From an uncultured virus (IMG/VR IMGVR_UViG_3300038443_001324) (lineage: Duplodnaviria > Heunggongvirae > Uroviricota > Caudoviricetes), in the IMG/VR virus record IMGVR_UViG_3300038443_001324: a DNA stretch of 20,000 bases; one strand, 5' to 3'. Position 1 is the stretch's first letter. Every line of letters begins with the position of its first letter. Shown piece by piece: positions 1 to 8,078 of the stretch. Made by a program: the position numbers and the translations under genes. The notes below the pieces were generated by a model. That model was given only the letters and a program-made list of their open reading frames with translations, was not told the DNA's origin and did no database searches.

Positions 1-291
1 TTCCTTGAGGAATTCTTCGACAACGAAGCCGCCATACTGGCGCAGGCCCGTCGAGCCGATGATGTTTGGATCGTAGTCGACGGTGCCCGCGTCGCCATGC
101 GGGCCACCTACGGCGCCGAGCGCTGTGCCGGCGGCGATCGCGCCGGCAGCTGCAGGCGACACCGCGAGCGGGCCGTTGCCGAGCGCGGTTTCTGCCGCGG
201 ATGCGATCGCCGCCGGCGTCGCGTTGCTGCTCGAGCTCGAGGCGGTGCGCGCGCCGCGCTTGCTCGGTGTGCTGCCGTTCGTTTTAGCCAT
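1..291 (-). CDS. Phage portal protein, N-terminal part (runs off window); DUF935/Mu gp29-like
   Basis: Not in ORF track. ATG at 291 overlaps the TerL stop. Translation MAKTNGSTPSKRGARTASSSSS...DYDPNIIGSTGLRQYGGFVVEEFLKE; the IGxTGL..G.v.EEFL motif and position after TerL fit a portal. Confidence 0.75.
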   Translation of the reverse strand, partial: MAKTNGSTPSKRGARTASSSSSNATPAAIASAAETALGNGPLAVSPAAAGAIAAGTALGAVGGPHGDAGTVDYDPNIIGSTGLRQYGGFVVEEFLKE

Positions 292-1600
292 AGTTATCGT
301 CCTCGACGTACTCATCGTCGTCGTACGGGTTATTGCTCATGTCGGGCGTGAAGGGCGAGATCCGCGGGAGATCGGCCGGGCCGCCCGCGCCAAACAGAGC
401 TGGGGAAATGCGTCTGAGTTGCTCAACAGCCAGCGCAAGGGCCATCACGCAGTCATCGTGAAACCCGACCGGGGCGCTATAGCGCACGCCGGTGCGGGTG
501 TATTGAAACTCGAAGTTGTCGAGCTCTTCGCGTATGGGCCCATCGGGGAAGGTAACGGCGCGGCTTTGAATCGCCACCGCGAGGCCTTCCATTAGTCGCT
601 GTTTGCTTGCCGAGGAAAAGACGTAGCCGCTGATCGAGGACGGCCGCTTTGCTTGAAGGCGTTCGACGATGGGATCGCCGACGCCGGTGGAGTCTATCAG
701 CGTGGGGGTGTTGCCCACAATGTCGAGGATATGCCTTTCCGTTTCGCCCCAGCTCTTTTGCCAGCGATCGAAACCGCACACGCGCTGCTGCCGATCGAGG
801 CCAACGAGCACCGACCAGTCTTGTTTTTTGGCCAAATCCTGGCCAGCTGCCACCATGCGCTCATCCGATAGCGGGCCGACGCAGTTGGCAATGTGCTTAA
901 GGCCGAACGGATTGCCGCCATCGTCGGACGGCTCGGCAAGGTAGAGCTCGCGAAATACGTCCTCGGGCAGCAGGCGCTTGGCGTCTTCCACTTCCTCGAG
1001 CTTGAGCACACCGCCCTCGACGGCGTCGTATGCCGTCATCTTGTAGTGCGCCATGCGCGGCTCGCCAGCGGCGGCCATGCGCGAGAGCTTGTAAAACCAG
1101 TTCTTTTGCCCCTTCACGTTGCCGATGCAGCGCACCGGGCCATTGGTGGCCGTGAGTGTCGAGCGGATAGCCCACCATGCCTCTTCGCGCATCCGCGAGG
1201 CCTCGTCGAGCACCGCGGCATAGACGTCGTCGCCATACAGGTTGTCTGGCTTCTCGGCCGACTTGAATTCGATGACGGCGCCGTTGAGCAGCGTGATCTG
1301 CAAATCTTGGTTATTCGCGTGATAGAGCTGCTTTGGGCACGCACGCTTAAGGCGCAGAAACGCGATTTTCGCCTGCCTATAGACAGGCGCCACCCACCAG
1401 TAATTTCGCCCTGGCTTGCCGTAGATCGCTGCCTGTTCGAAGAGCCAGCAAATGCAACCATGCGTCTTGCCGGCCTTCGTCGAGGCCTCGATCATCGAGT
1501 AGCGCGCAGGGTTCCCGTGCAGATCGAGCGGGTTAAAGATCGCCCGCAGTTGCTTGGGGTAAAGCCAGGGCCGTACAAATTCGATCTGACGCGCGCTCAA
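284..1600 (-). CDS. terL: Terminase large subunit
   Basis: Walker A-like ASTKAGKT, WWVAPVYRQAK, Walker B VLDEA, nuclease motifs GQDLAK..DWSV, IDSTGVGDP and HDDCVMALALA; TTG start. Confidence 0.95.
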   Translation of the reverse strand: MSARQIEFVRPWLYPKQLRAIFNPLDLHGNPARYSMIEASTKAGKTHGCICWLFEQAAIYGKPGRNYWWVAPVYRQAKIAFLRLKRACPKQLYHANNQDLQITLLNGAVIEFKSAEKPDNLYGDDVYAAVLDEASRMREEAWWAIRSTLTATNGPVRCIGNVKGQKNWFYKLSRMAAAGEPRMAHYKMTAYDAVEGGVLKLEEVEDAKRLLPEDVFRELYLAEPSDDGGNPFGLKHIANCVGPLSDERMVAAGQDLAKKQDWSVLVGLDRQQRVCGFDRWQKSWGETERHILDIVGNTPTLIDSTGVGDPIVERLQAKRPSSISGYVFSSASKQRLMEGLAVAIQSRAVTFPDGPIREELDNFEFQYTRTGVRYSAPVGFHDDCVMALALAVEQLRRISPALFGAGGPADLPRISPFTPDMSNNPYDDDEYVEDDNYG

Positions 1601-1683
1601 AGGAACCCCAGCGAGCGAAGTGTGCAGTCGATCAATACGATGCCTGCGGCAACGAGCAATACGAATTCAGCCCAGCCCTTCAT
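1597..1683 (-). CDS. 28-aa hydrophobic peptide (MKGWAEFVLLVAAGIVLIDCTLRSLGFL)
   Basis: Fills the gap in the operon; its TGA overlaps the TerL TTG start (TTGA). Confidence 0.5.
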   Translation of the reverse strand: MKGWAEFVLLVAAGIVLIDCTLRSLGFL

Positions 1684-1689
1684 GGTGAG

Positions 1690-1866
1690 TCAGTTCGTGG
1701 TGTAAATGCCGCGACGCACGGGGCGCTGACGCTTTACGCGCCCAAGCGGCCCGAGCTCTTGGTTAGCCTGCGCGCGCGAACCGTTGACCTTCGCTTGTGG
1801 GTTACGGTGCTGCTCTTTGACAGCGCTGTTTTTGGCGAATGCGCCAAAGCCTTTGCGGGTGCTCAT
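1690..1866 (-). CDS. Small basic hypothetical protein (58 aa)
   Basis: ATG at 1866 preceded by GAGGAATGAAACC; MSTRKGFGAFAK...; tiles with its neighbours. Confidence 0.6.
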   Translation of the reverse strand: MSTRKGFGAFAKNSAVKEQHRNPQAKVNGSRAQANQELGPLGRVKRQRPVRRGIYTTN

Positions 1867-1870
1867 GGTT

Positions 1871-2050
1871 TCATTCCTCGAGGTTGCGAAAGAGATGGTC
1901 GAGCAGCTCAACCAACAAGCCGAGCAGCCAAGAGACAACGAGCCCGCCGGCGGCGAGTATCGCGATCAGCGCGTGCACGTGGTCCGAGTGCCAGTAGACG
2001 CGGGCAATGGCGCACAGCAGCACCACGGCCACGCAGGTAAAGCGGTTCAT
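1871..2050 (-). CDS. Small membrane protein (59 aa, about 2 TM segments)
   Basis: MNRFTCVAVVLLCAIARVYW...LIAILAAGGLVVSWLLGLLVELL; GAGG RBS upstream of the ATG at 2050. Confidence 0.6.
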   Translation of the reverse strand: MNRFTCVAVVLLCAIARVYWHSDHVHALIAILAAGGLVVSWLLGLLVELLDHLFRNLEE

Positions 2051-2057
2051 AGGCGCC

Positions 2058-2429
2058 TCATAGCTTGCGCGGGTTGGAGTGTTCGCAAAAGCTGCAGCGG
2101 CGCTTACCAGGGCCAATGCGGCGGCCGCACCCTTCGCATCCAATGCGATCGTTCGGCGCGCGCACGGCAATGTGCACTCGATCGACGGGCAGGTTGAGCG
2201 GCCGCTCAAACAGGCTCGAGCACCATGCGAAGCGCTCGACAAGCGGTGCGTCGATGATCTCGAAGCGCACCCGGTTCTTTCGCAGCACTTGCTCGAGCGT
2301 GGTGCCGGCCGCGTGCGCCTTCTCACCGAGCGCACACGCGAGCTCGGCCGACACGCGCAGCACGAGCAGCGGCTCTTCCCCCTCGACGGCCACCACGGCC
2401 ACGCTTTGCACTTCGGCGCGATCACTCAT
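2058..2429 (-). CDS. Hypothetical protein (123 aa) with C-terminal CxxC...CxxC
   Basis: ATGA overlap with the MTase stop; CEGC...CSFC near the C-terminus. Confidence 0.65.
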   Translation of the reverse strand: MSDRAEVQSVAVVAVEGEEPLLVLRVSAELACALGEKAHAAGTTLEQVLRKNRVRFEIIDAPLVERFAWCSSLFERPLNLPVDRVHIAVRAPNDRIGCEGCGRRIGPGKRRCSFCEHSNPRKL

Positions 2430-3175
2430 GCGGCCTTCCCTTCCAAAAGTTGCGCGTTCTCGCGAGCGATACGATCTGCGGCGATCGCGAAGTACGAGGC
2501 CTCAAGCTCGATGCCTACGAAGCGCCGGCCAGCGCGCAGCGCGGCGACGCCCGTGCTGCCCGAACCCATGCAGTTGTCGAGCACGAGATCGCCCTCGTTC
2601 GTGTAGGTGCGCACCAGGTATTCAATCAGCGCGACAGGCTTTTGCGTTGGGTGCAAGTTGCTGCGCTGCTTGTCGCTAGCGAACCTCAGGACGCTGCGCG
2701 GGTATCGCTCGGTTGAGTCGTATAGAAGTGCCGTGAACGCCTGACGCCCATACGTCCGCGTTATATCTTTCGTCTTCACCGACGACTTTCGGGCGTGGCC
2801 GAACGTCTTCTGCGGGTTGTAAGTCGGCTGGCGTTCGTAAAAGACCAGCACATTTTCGTGCGCCTTCATAGGTGCGCGCTTTGCATTCAGATGTCCAGTC
2901 GCATGCGTCTTTTCCCAAACCCACTCATACCGCAGGTTCTTTAGGTTCGACGCGCCGAGCACTTTGTCGAATGGCGTCTGAGCAGTAAGCACCACCGCGC
3001 CTTTGCAGACGCGGTCGTATTGCTTCCATAGCGCGGCAAGATCGAGCGGACAGTCCCATTTGTTGCGCGTGGTTCCATACGGCAGATCACATAGAACCAG
3101 ATCGACACTCTGATCGGGCAGCGCGGCCATGCGCTCTATGCATTCGCCGTGATGCAGGACGTAGCGATCGCTCAT
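2426..3175 (-). CDS. DNA methyltransferase, N6-adenine/N4-cytosine, beta class
   Basis: DLVLCDLPYG catalytic motif, HPTQKPVALIEYL, VLDNCMGSGSTG SAM-binding motif, FVGIEL. Confidence 0.93.
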   Translation of the reverse strand: MSDRYVLHHGECIERMAALPDQSVDLVLCDLPYGTTRNKWDCPLDLAALWKQYDRVCKGAVVLTAQTPFDKVLGASNLKNLRYEWVWEKTHATGHLNAKRAPMKAHENVLVFYERQPTYNPQKTFGHARKSSVKTKDITRTYGRQAFTALLYDSTERYPRSVLRFASDKQRSNLHPTQKPVALIEYLVRTYTNEGDLVLDNCMGSGSTGVAALRAGRRFVGIELEASYFAIAADRIARENAQLLEGKAA

Positions 3176-3840
3176 TGCTCGCCGTCCTCTTTCGGTTTGC
3201 CCGGTGCCTCGCCCATCGTGAGCGTGAAGCGAATCGGCGCATCAGATGGCAGGCCCGCAGGCTTGTCGCCCTCTTCCCCGCCCTGCCCTTGGCCGCCCCG
3301 CACCTCAAAGGTGGCGCTCATGCCGGGGCTCTTCTCGCTAAAGCCCATGCGCGTCTTTGCCCAAAAGATGCCGGCAGTCACGGCCGCCTTCTCACCGCCG
3401 CTCGTGGCGATCTTCAGCAGGTTGCCGGCCACGCGCAGATTGACCATGTCGGCGCCGTGCGCCAGCTCGTCGGCAAAGTGGGCTTTCATGGTGTTGAGCG
3501 CGAGCCCGTGCGGCGCGTTCACGCAGAAACGGATCTGCTCGTCGGTGTAGCCGCAGGCCTTCGCGAGCGACACGAGCAGGCGATCGCCCGGCGTGGGCAC
3601 GTAGCGCTTGCGGCTCTCGCGCATCACCGGCGAGATCGACTCGCGCGGCGCGCGTGAAGCTGCAGCGCTTGACGTTGAAGCGGCGCGTTTTGAAGTGCGT
3701 TTTGAAGTTGAATCAGCTGCAGCAGCTTTTGAAGCCGAAGCCTTTTTAGCAGCTGTCAATTTCTCGCTCTTCACGCGCGTGGAAGCCGAACCCCGCTCTG
3801 TTCTGGCAGATGAAGGGTTCGGCTGCTTTTTCGCAACCAT
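3172..3840 (-). CDS. Putative terminase small subunit with K/A/S-rich N-terminal tail
   Basis: Probable start MVAKKQ at 3840. C-terminal ...GYTDEQI...TMKAHFADELAHG...VAGNLLKIATSG...TAGIFWAKTRMGF resembles HTH-type TerS; lies upstream of TerL. Confidence 0.65.
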   Translation of the reverse strand: MVAKKQPNPSSARTERGSASTRVKSEKLTAAKKASASKAAAADSTSKRTSKRAASTSSAAASRAPRESISPVMRESRKRYVPTPGDRLLVSLAKACGYTDEQIRFCVNAPHGLALNTMKAHFADELAHGADMVNLRVAGNLLKIATSGGEKAAVTAGIFWAKTRMGFSEKSPGMSATFEVRGGQGQGGEEGDKPAGLPSDAPIRFTLTMGEAPGKPKEDGEQ

Positions 3841-3869
3841 AGTTTTTATTGAAACGGTGATGAAATTGG

Positions 3870-3898
3870 TTGACGTGTGGCGCGTGATGCGCCATAGT
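3870..3898 (+). promoter_or_regulatory. Sigma70-like promoter TTGACG-17-CATAGT with palindromic spacer
   Basis: Near-consensus -35/-10 with 17-bp spacing upstream of the 3950 ORF; spacer contains GGCGCGTGATGCGCC. Confidence 0.7.
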
Positions 3899-3949
3899 CT
3901 AGGCACTCGCCCCGAAGTGTGGGCGGCATGTGAAGAGGGAGAAACTGCG

Positions 3950-4360
3950 ATGCAAATGCAAGTGTACGGCAATGAATTGCAAAATGGAGCGCATGGCGCG
4001 CCGTTCGTGCTCAATGACGCTGTGATGACGTCCATCATGAAGCACGCTCTAGCCGAGAACCCCACCCCCACTCCCACCGCGCGCAAGGGTTCAATGCTCG
4101 CCGAGGCCCAAGCGGCCGTACTGCGCGGTGAAGCTCCGGCCCCTCTCGCGTTCAAGAGCGCGGCAAACCCCTCCTACCAAAAGCACGCAGACGCGCTGTA
4201 TCAGTTGGCGTGCGAAGGCGCACTCGATGCGCTCACCGGTTACGCGCTCTCAGGCACCAATACCTACGCCCGCGCATTGCGCAAGTACCGCGATCTGCTC
4301 GTTACTGCTGTGCAAGGCGCGTTCAATGCGGGCGCTCTCCCTCCGGGGCATAACGCATAG
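3950..4360 (+). CDS. Hypothetical protein (136 aa)
   Basis: GAGGGAGA RBS then ATG at 3950 (MQMQVYGNE...), downstream of the promoter. Confidence 0.75.
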   Translation: MQMQVYGNELQNGAHGAPFVLNDAVMTSIMKHALAENPTPTPTARKGSMLAEAQAAVLRGEAPAPLAFKSAANPSYQKHADALYQLACEGALDALTGYALSGTNTYARALRKYRDLLVTAVQGAFNAGALPPGHNA

Positions 4361-4397
4361 GAGTGCGGGAGCGCCGTAGCTGTAGCTGTGGATAGGC

Positions 4398-4416
4398 GGT
4401 AATGATTCTCATTCGT
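4398..4416. promoter_or_regulatory. Fur-box-like site
   Basis: GGTAATGATTCTCATTCGT matches GATAATGATAATCATTATC at 13/19, in an AT-rich intergenic gap. Confidence 0.35.
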
Positions 4417-4435
4417 TTATAGGGGCATTTCACCC

Positions 4436-5038
4436 ATGAATCGATATCAAGTAGATAGCAAGCCGGCCTCGAAAAGCCATCTCGAACTCGAAAACGAGTG
4501 CAACCGCTTTAATGTGGCCATCCGCATCGGCGATCTGGTGGCATACCGCGAAGTTTTGCGCGATGACTGCCCGGTGCAGGTGTTCGCCACGCGCAGCCCG
4601 GCGCAGGTATTGAGCGGCCATAGCGCGGTCGTGTGGCTCACCGGCAAAAGCGGCTGCGTGTTGATTTCGCACTGCCGCAAGGCCACACGGGCAGACGTCG
4701 AAGCACATGAGCGCGCGATGCAAGAGGCCGCCGAGCGGGCCTCGAAAGATGCGGCCGAGGCGGCGCATATCCGTGCGACGCCCTATTACGTTCGCCCCGC
4801 AGCGTTCAAGCAACTGCGCGAGGGCAACGCGGCTTTGTGCCGACTGGCCGGAACGCTCGATCCCGATCAGATCCGCCTGTACGAGCAGGGATTCGTCGAT
4901 GCACTTGTGAAGAGCGTGCGCGAGCTGATGCGCCTCGCCACGCGCAACGATGTGCCAGAAGCCGAGCAGATCGCGATCGCCGAGCGCGCGCAAGACCTGC
5001 TTGATCGATTCGAGAACGACGAGCCGGTGCCGTTTTGA
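4436..5038 (+). CDS. Hypothetical protein (200 aa)
   Basis: AGGGG RBS, typical codon usage, first of a set of tightly packed + strand genes. Confidence 0.75.
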   Translation: MNRYQVDSKPASKSHLELENECNRFNVAIRIGDLVAYREVLRDDCPVQVFATRSPAQVLSGHSAVVWLTGKSGCVLISHCRKATRADVEAHERAMQEAAERASKDAAEAAHIRATPYYVRPAAFKQLREGNAALCRLAGTLDPDQIRLYEQGFVDALVKSVRELMRLATRNDVPEAEQIAIAERAQDLLDRFENDEPVPF

Positions 5039-5045
5039 GGTGGCC

Positions 5046-5237
5046 ATGAAAGAGCAACAGATTCAAGCACTGCGCGAGCAGTACGCAGGGCAAGTGCTAG
5101 CGGCCTTTTGCGCGAACCCGGCTGTTTTCGCGGAGAACGGCCGCACTGGATGGGGCCTGGTGAACTGCACGCATGAACAGCTCGTCGAGCTGGCCGATGT
5201 GCTGGCCCACAAGCTCGCGCGCAAGGTGGTCCGGTGA
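5046..5237 (+). CDS. Hypothetical protein (63 aa)
   Basis: GAGGT RBS, ATG at 5046 (MKEQQIQALREQYAGQVLAAF...). Confidence 0.7.
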   Translation: MKEQQIQALREQYAGQVLAAFCANPAVFAENGRTGWGLVNCTHEQLVELADVLAHKLARKVVR

Positions 5238-5671
5238 GGGAAAAAGGCAAGCGCGATGCGCAACGCGACAAGGCGCTCGAGCTGATCCGCCTCGCTGCAT
5301 TGCATGGGCAAGAGCACGTCGCCACGCGGCTTTTCGTGCACTTGCGCGTGTCGCGGCGGGAATTTAACGAGCACCTGGCACTCGGGCGCTCACAACGCGA
5401 AGGGGGCTTTATGGCTTTAGGAGAAAACCAAAAGCGCGTGCTTTGCGCGCTGCGCCGGCGCCCGACCGGCTGGTATCGGGGGTGCTCGATGGTGGTGCCG
5501 GGCGTGAGCGTGCCGAAAGTGATGGGCACGCTCGAGCGGCTCGGCATGGTGGCTGCGGCGCCGGCGTTCGTTCCCAACCGCGGCACACAGGACGTCTACA
5601 CACTCACCGAGGCTGGTATGCGCATCGCGAATGCGGTTGCCGAGGCGAGAGAAAAGGCGTGCGCGGCATGA
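5234..5671 (+). CDS. Hypothetical protein, C-terminal half possibly winged-HTH
   Basis: GTGA overlap; ...NQKRVLCAL...VMGTLERLGMV...YTLTEAG pattern resembles a wHTH. Confidence 0.6.
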   Translation: MREKGKRDAQRDKALELIRLAALHGQEHVATRLFVHLRVSRREFNEHLALGRSQREGGFMALGENQKRVLCALRRRPTGWYRGCSMVVPGVSVPKVMGTLERLGMVAAAPAFVPNRGTQDVYTLTEAGMRIANAVAEAREKACAA

Positions 5672-5892
5672 GCGAGTTGCTCGCCATATGGGTCGTGTAT
5701 AAGCGGCCCGCCGATTACCCGGGGCACTTCGTGGCGCGCAAGTGGCTTGTCACGCCGGAAGGATTGACCGCCACGATGGAAGCCGTGTTTGCGCCCACGC
5801 TCGGGCAAGTGCGCGCGAAGTTGCCCCCGGACCTTTACTGCTCGCCGCGCCAACCTGGCGACGAACCGCAGATCATTGAATCGTGGTTTTAA
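5668..5892 (+). CDS. Small phage hypothetical protein (74 aa)
   Basis: ATGA overlap; MSELLAIWVVYKRPADYPGHFVARKW...RQPGDEPQIIESWF. Confidence 0.7.
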   Translation: MSELLAIWVVYKRPADYPGHFVARKWLVTPEGLTATMEAVFAPTLGQVRAKLPPDLYCSPRQPGDEPQIIESWF

Positions 5893-5915
5893 AACAACAT
5901 CTGACCTATATCAAA

Positions 5916-8024
5916 ATGCCATCAAATCACCCGAAAGAAACCGTTGAACAGATCGTCTATATCCCCCTGAATGAGCTGCATATCTCGCCGCTCAACCAGC
6001 GGCGTAACGACACCTCAAGCGTCGCCGAGCTGCGCGCGCTAATCCGCTCGCAGGGGCTGCTGCAGAATCTGATCGTGGTGCCCGAAGCAGACGGCGGCTG
6101 GGGCGTCGTGGGCGGCGGCCGCCGTATGCGCGCAATGCAGGAAGAGGCGAGCGATGGGCACTTTGCGGCCGACCATCCGGTGCCGTGCATCATCGCCACG
6201 CCAGCCACGGCGCCCGCCATGAGCCTTGCGGAAAACAGCGGCCGCGAGCCGATGAACCCGGCGCAGGAATTTCGCGCGTTCGCCGAGCTGCACAAGCAGG
6301 GCAAGCCCGTCGAGGATATCGCGGCGCAATTTGGCGTCTCGCCGATCGTGGTGCGCCGGCGCCTGGCGCTCTCGAATGTTCACCCGACGCTGATCAAAGC
6401 GTACGAAGCGGGCGAAATGAACCTCGAAACGCTGCAGGCTTTCACGCTGGCCAGCTCCCATAAGCAGCAGCTCGCGGCATGGCAGTCGGTGCCGCAGTAT
6501 CAGCGCGGCGCGCACTGGATCCGCCAGGCGCTTACGAAGGGGCAAAAAGACGCGCGGCACGACCGGGCCAGCCAATTCGTGGGGCTTGCCGCGTATGAGG
6601 CCGCCGGGGGCGCGGTGGTGCGCGACCTCTTTGGCGGGGAAAACAGCGGCTATATCGGCGATGCCATGCTGATGCAAAAGCTCGCCGCGGAAAAGCTCGA
6701 GGCCGAAGCAGACAAGGTGCGCGCCGAGGGCTGGGCGTTCGTGGACGTGCACCCCGAGCTCGAATGGAAGCATACCGATCGATTCGGGCGCAGTAAGCCG
6801 GCCACGCGCGAGCTCACCGCCGACGAGCAGGCCGAAATCAGCGCGCTCGAGGCCGAGATCGAAACGCTCAACGCGCAGCTGCACGACGACGAGGAAGAGT
6901 TCACCGATGGCGACGCGGAAACGATCGAGGACGAAATTGGCCGCCGGCAAGCGCGCATCGAAACGATCCGCGCCGCGACGTCGACCTATACCGATCGCCA
7001 GAAGAAAAAGGCCGGCGTAGTGATGGGCATCGGCCACGGCGGCCGCCTCGAGATCCACCGCGGCATGATCCGGCCCGTCGATCCGAAAGAGGCGAAGAAA
7101 AAGGAACTGGCCAAGGCCAAAGCGGCAGCTGAAGCGGCCGGCGAGGCGGCGCCTATGGGCCTAAGCGAAGCGCTTACGCGCAAGCTCACGGCCCACCGCA
7201 GCGCGGCGCTCGCAGCGCACCTGCTCGAGTGCCCGCGCGTGGCGCTCGATCTGCTCGCGGCGAACATGGCCATGCAGGTGCTCTATAACGGCGGCTACTA
7301 CGGCGCGGCCGGCGTGCACGTCCAGGCGCATAAACAGATGGGAACGCTAATCTCGGCCGGCCCTGACGTCGAAGAGAGCAAAGCCTATAAGGCGATCGAC
7401 GAGCAACGCGATGCCCTGCTCGATCTGCTGCCCGAGGATCCGAAGACGCTTTTCGTGTGGCTGGGCGAGCAGAACATCATGACCGTGGTCGAGATCCTGT
7501 GTTTCTGCACGGCCGCGACGCTCAATGCCGTGGTGGGCAACCAGCACAGCAAGCCGCTCGAGCAGCTCGAGGGCACGATTGGGTTGAATATGGCCGATTG
7601 GTGGCAGCCCACGCGCAAGTCGTTCCTCGATCAAGTGCCCAAGCAGGTGATCCTGGACGCGCTCAAAGAAGTGGGCTTCGATGACGCGGCGATCGCCACG
7701 GCCGAGAAGCTTAAAAAGTCCGATCTCGCAGCCTACGCCGAGGAAGCGCTCGCCGACTCGGGCTGGGTGCCGGCGCCGATCCGCGGGAAGGCCTCGCCGA
7801 TCGTTGCCGAGGCGCGCAAGCCGAAGGCGAAGGCCGCAACGCGCAAGCCCGTGACGAGCTCCGCGAAAAAGCCCGTGACGAACTCGGCAAAGCCCCCGGT
7901 CAAAAGCTCGATGCGCAAGCGCAAGGGTGAAATGGAGAACGCGCCGCCTGAAAAGGGCTCGATGGCCGATCAGTTTCACAAGCTGAATCCGGCCGCCGCG
8001 TGGCCCTTCCCAATCAACAAGTGA
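5916..8024 (+). CDS. Large ParB/RepB/Spo0J-family protein (plasmid/ICE-type, about 700 aa)
   Basis: N-terminal ParB domain (IPLNELHISPLNQR, GLLQNLIV, VGGGRRMRAM, SLAENSGREPM), HTH (VEDIAAQFGVSPIVVRRRLAL), YEAAGG.V.RDLF, NMADWWQPT..SFL; start 5916 or 5883. Confidence 0.88.
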   Translation: MPSNHPKETVEQIVYIPLNELHISPLNQRRNDTSSVAELRALIRSQGLLQNLIVVPEADGGWGVVGGGRRMRAMQEEASDGHFAADHPVPCIIATPATAPAMSLAENSGREPMNPAQEFRAFAELHKQGKPVEDIAAQFGVSPIVVRRRLALSNVHPTLIKAYEAGEMNLETLQAFTLASSHKQQLAAWQSVPQYQRGAHWIRQALTKGQKDARHDRASQFVGLAAYEAAGGAVVRDLFGGENSGYIGDAMLMQKLAAEKLEAEADKVRAEGWAFVDVHPELEWKHTDRFGRSKPATRELTADEQAEISALEAEIETLNAQLHDDEEEFTDGDAETIEDEIGRRQARIETIRAATSTYTDRQKKKAGVVMGIGHGGRLEIHRGMIRPVDPKEAKKKELAKAKAAAEAAGEAAPMGLSEALTRKLTAHRSAALAAHLLECPRVALDLLAANMAMQVLYNGGYYGAAGVHVQAHKQMGTLISAGPDVEESKAYKAIDEQRDALLDLLPEDPKTLFVWLGEQNIMTVVEILCFCTAATLNAVVGNQHSKPLEQLEGTIGLNMADWWQPTRKSFLDQVPKQVILDALKEVGFDDAAIATAEKLKKSDLAAYAEEALADSGWVPAPIRGKASPIVAEARKPKAKAATRKPVTSSAKKPVTNSAKPPVKSSMRKRKGEMENAPPEKGSMADQFHKLNPAAAWPFPINK
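7845..7910 (+). repeat. 24-bp-period repeat encoding KPVTSSAK/KPVTNSAK/PPVKSS
   Basis: AAGCCCGTGACGA occurs at 7845 and 7869, with a degenerate third copy. Confidence 0.6.
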
Positions 8025-8030
8025 CGCACT

Positions 8031-8050
8031 GCGCTCCGTCATCGGAGCGC
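8031..8050. other. Perfect 8-bp hairpin GCGCTCCG-TCAT-CGGAGCGC without U-tract
   Basis: Directly after the ParB stop and immediately before the 23-bp repeat. Confidence 0.55.
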
Positions 8051-8051
8051 C

Positions 8052-8074
8052 AGCGAACCGATATCGAAACGACA
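8052..8074 (+). repeat. 23-bp dispersed repeat, copy 1
   Basis: AGCGAACCGATATCGAAACGACA, 21/23 identical to the reverse complement of 10350-10372. Confidence 0.7.
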
Positions 8075-8078
8075 CTAA

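Noticed and set aside
3608..4155. Long N-terminal extensions of ORFs 3172-4155 (-) and 3608-4360 (+)
   Set aside because: They are mutual antisense shadows across a divergent promoter region; starts at 3840 and 3950 (the latter with an RBS) fit better.
4387..4395. DnaA-box-like TGTGGATAG
   Set aside because: Single 8/9 match with no cluster, far from the iterons.
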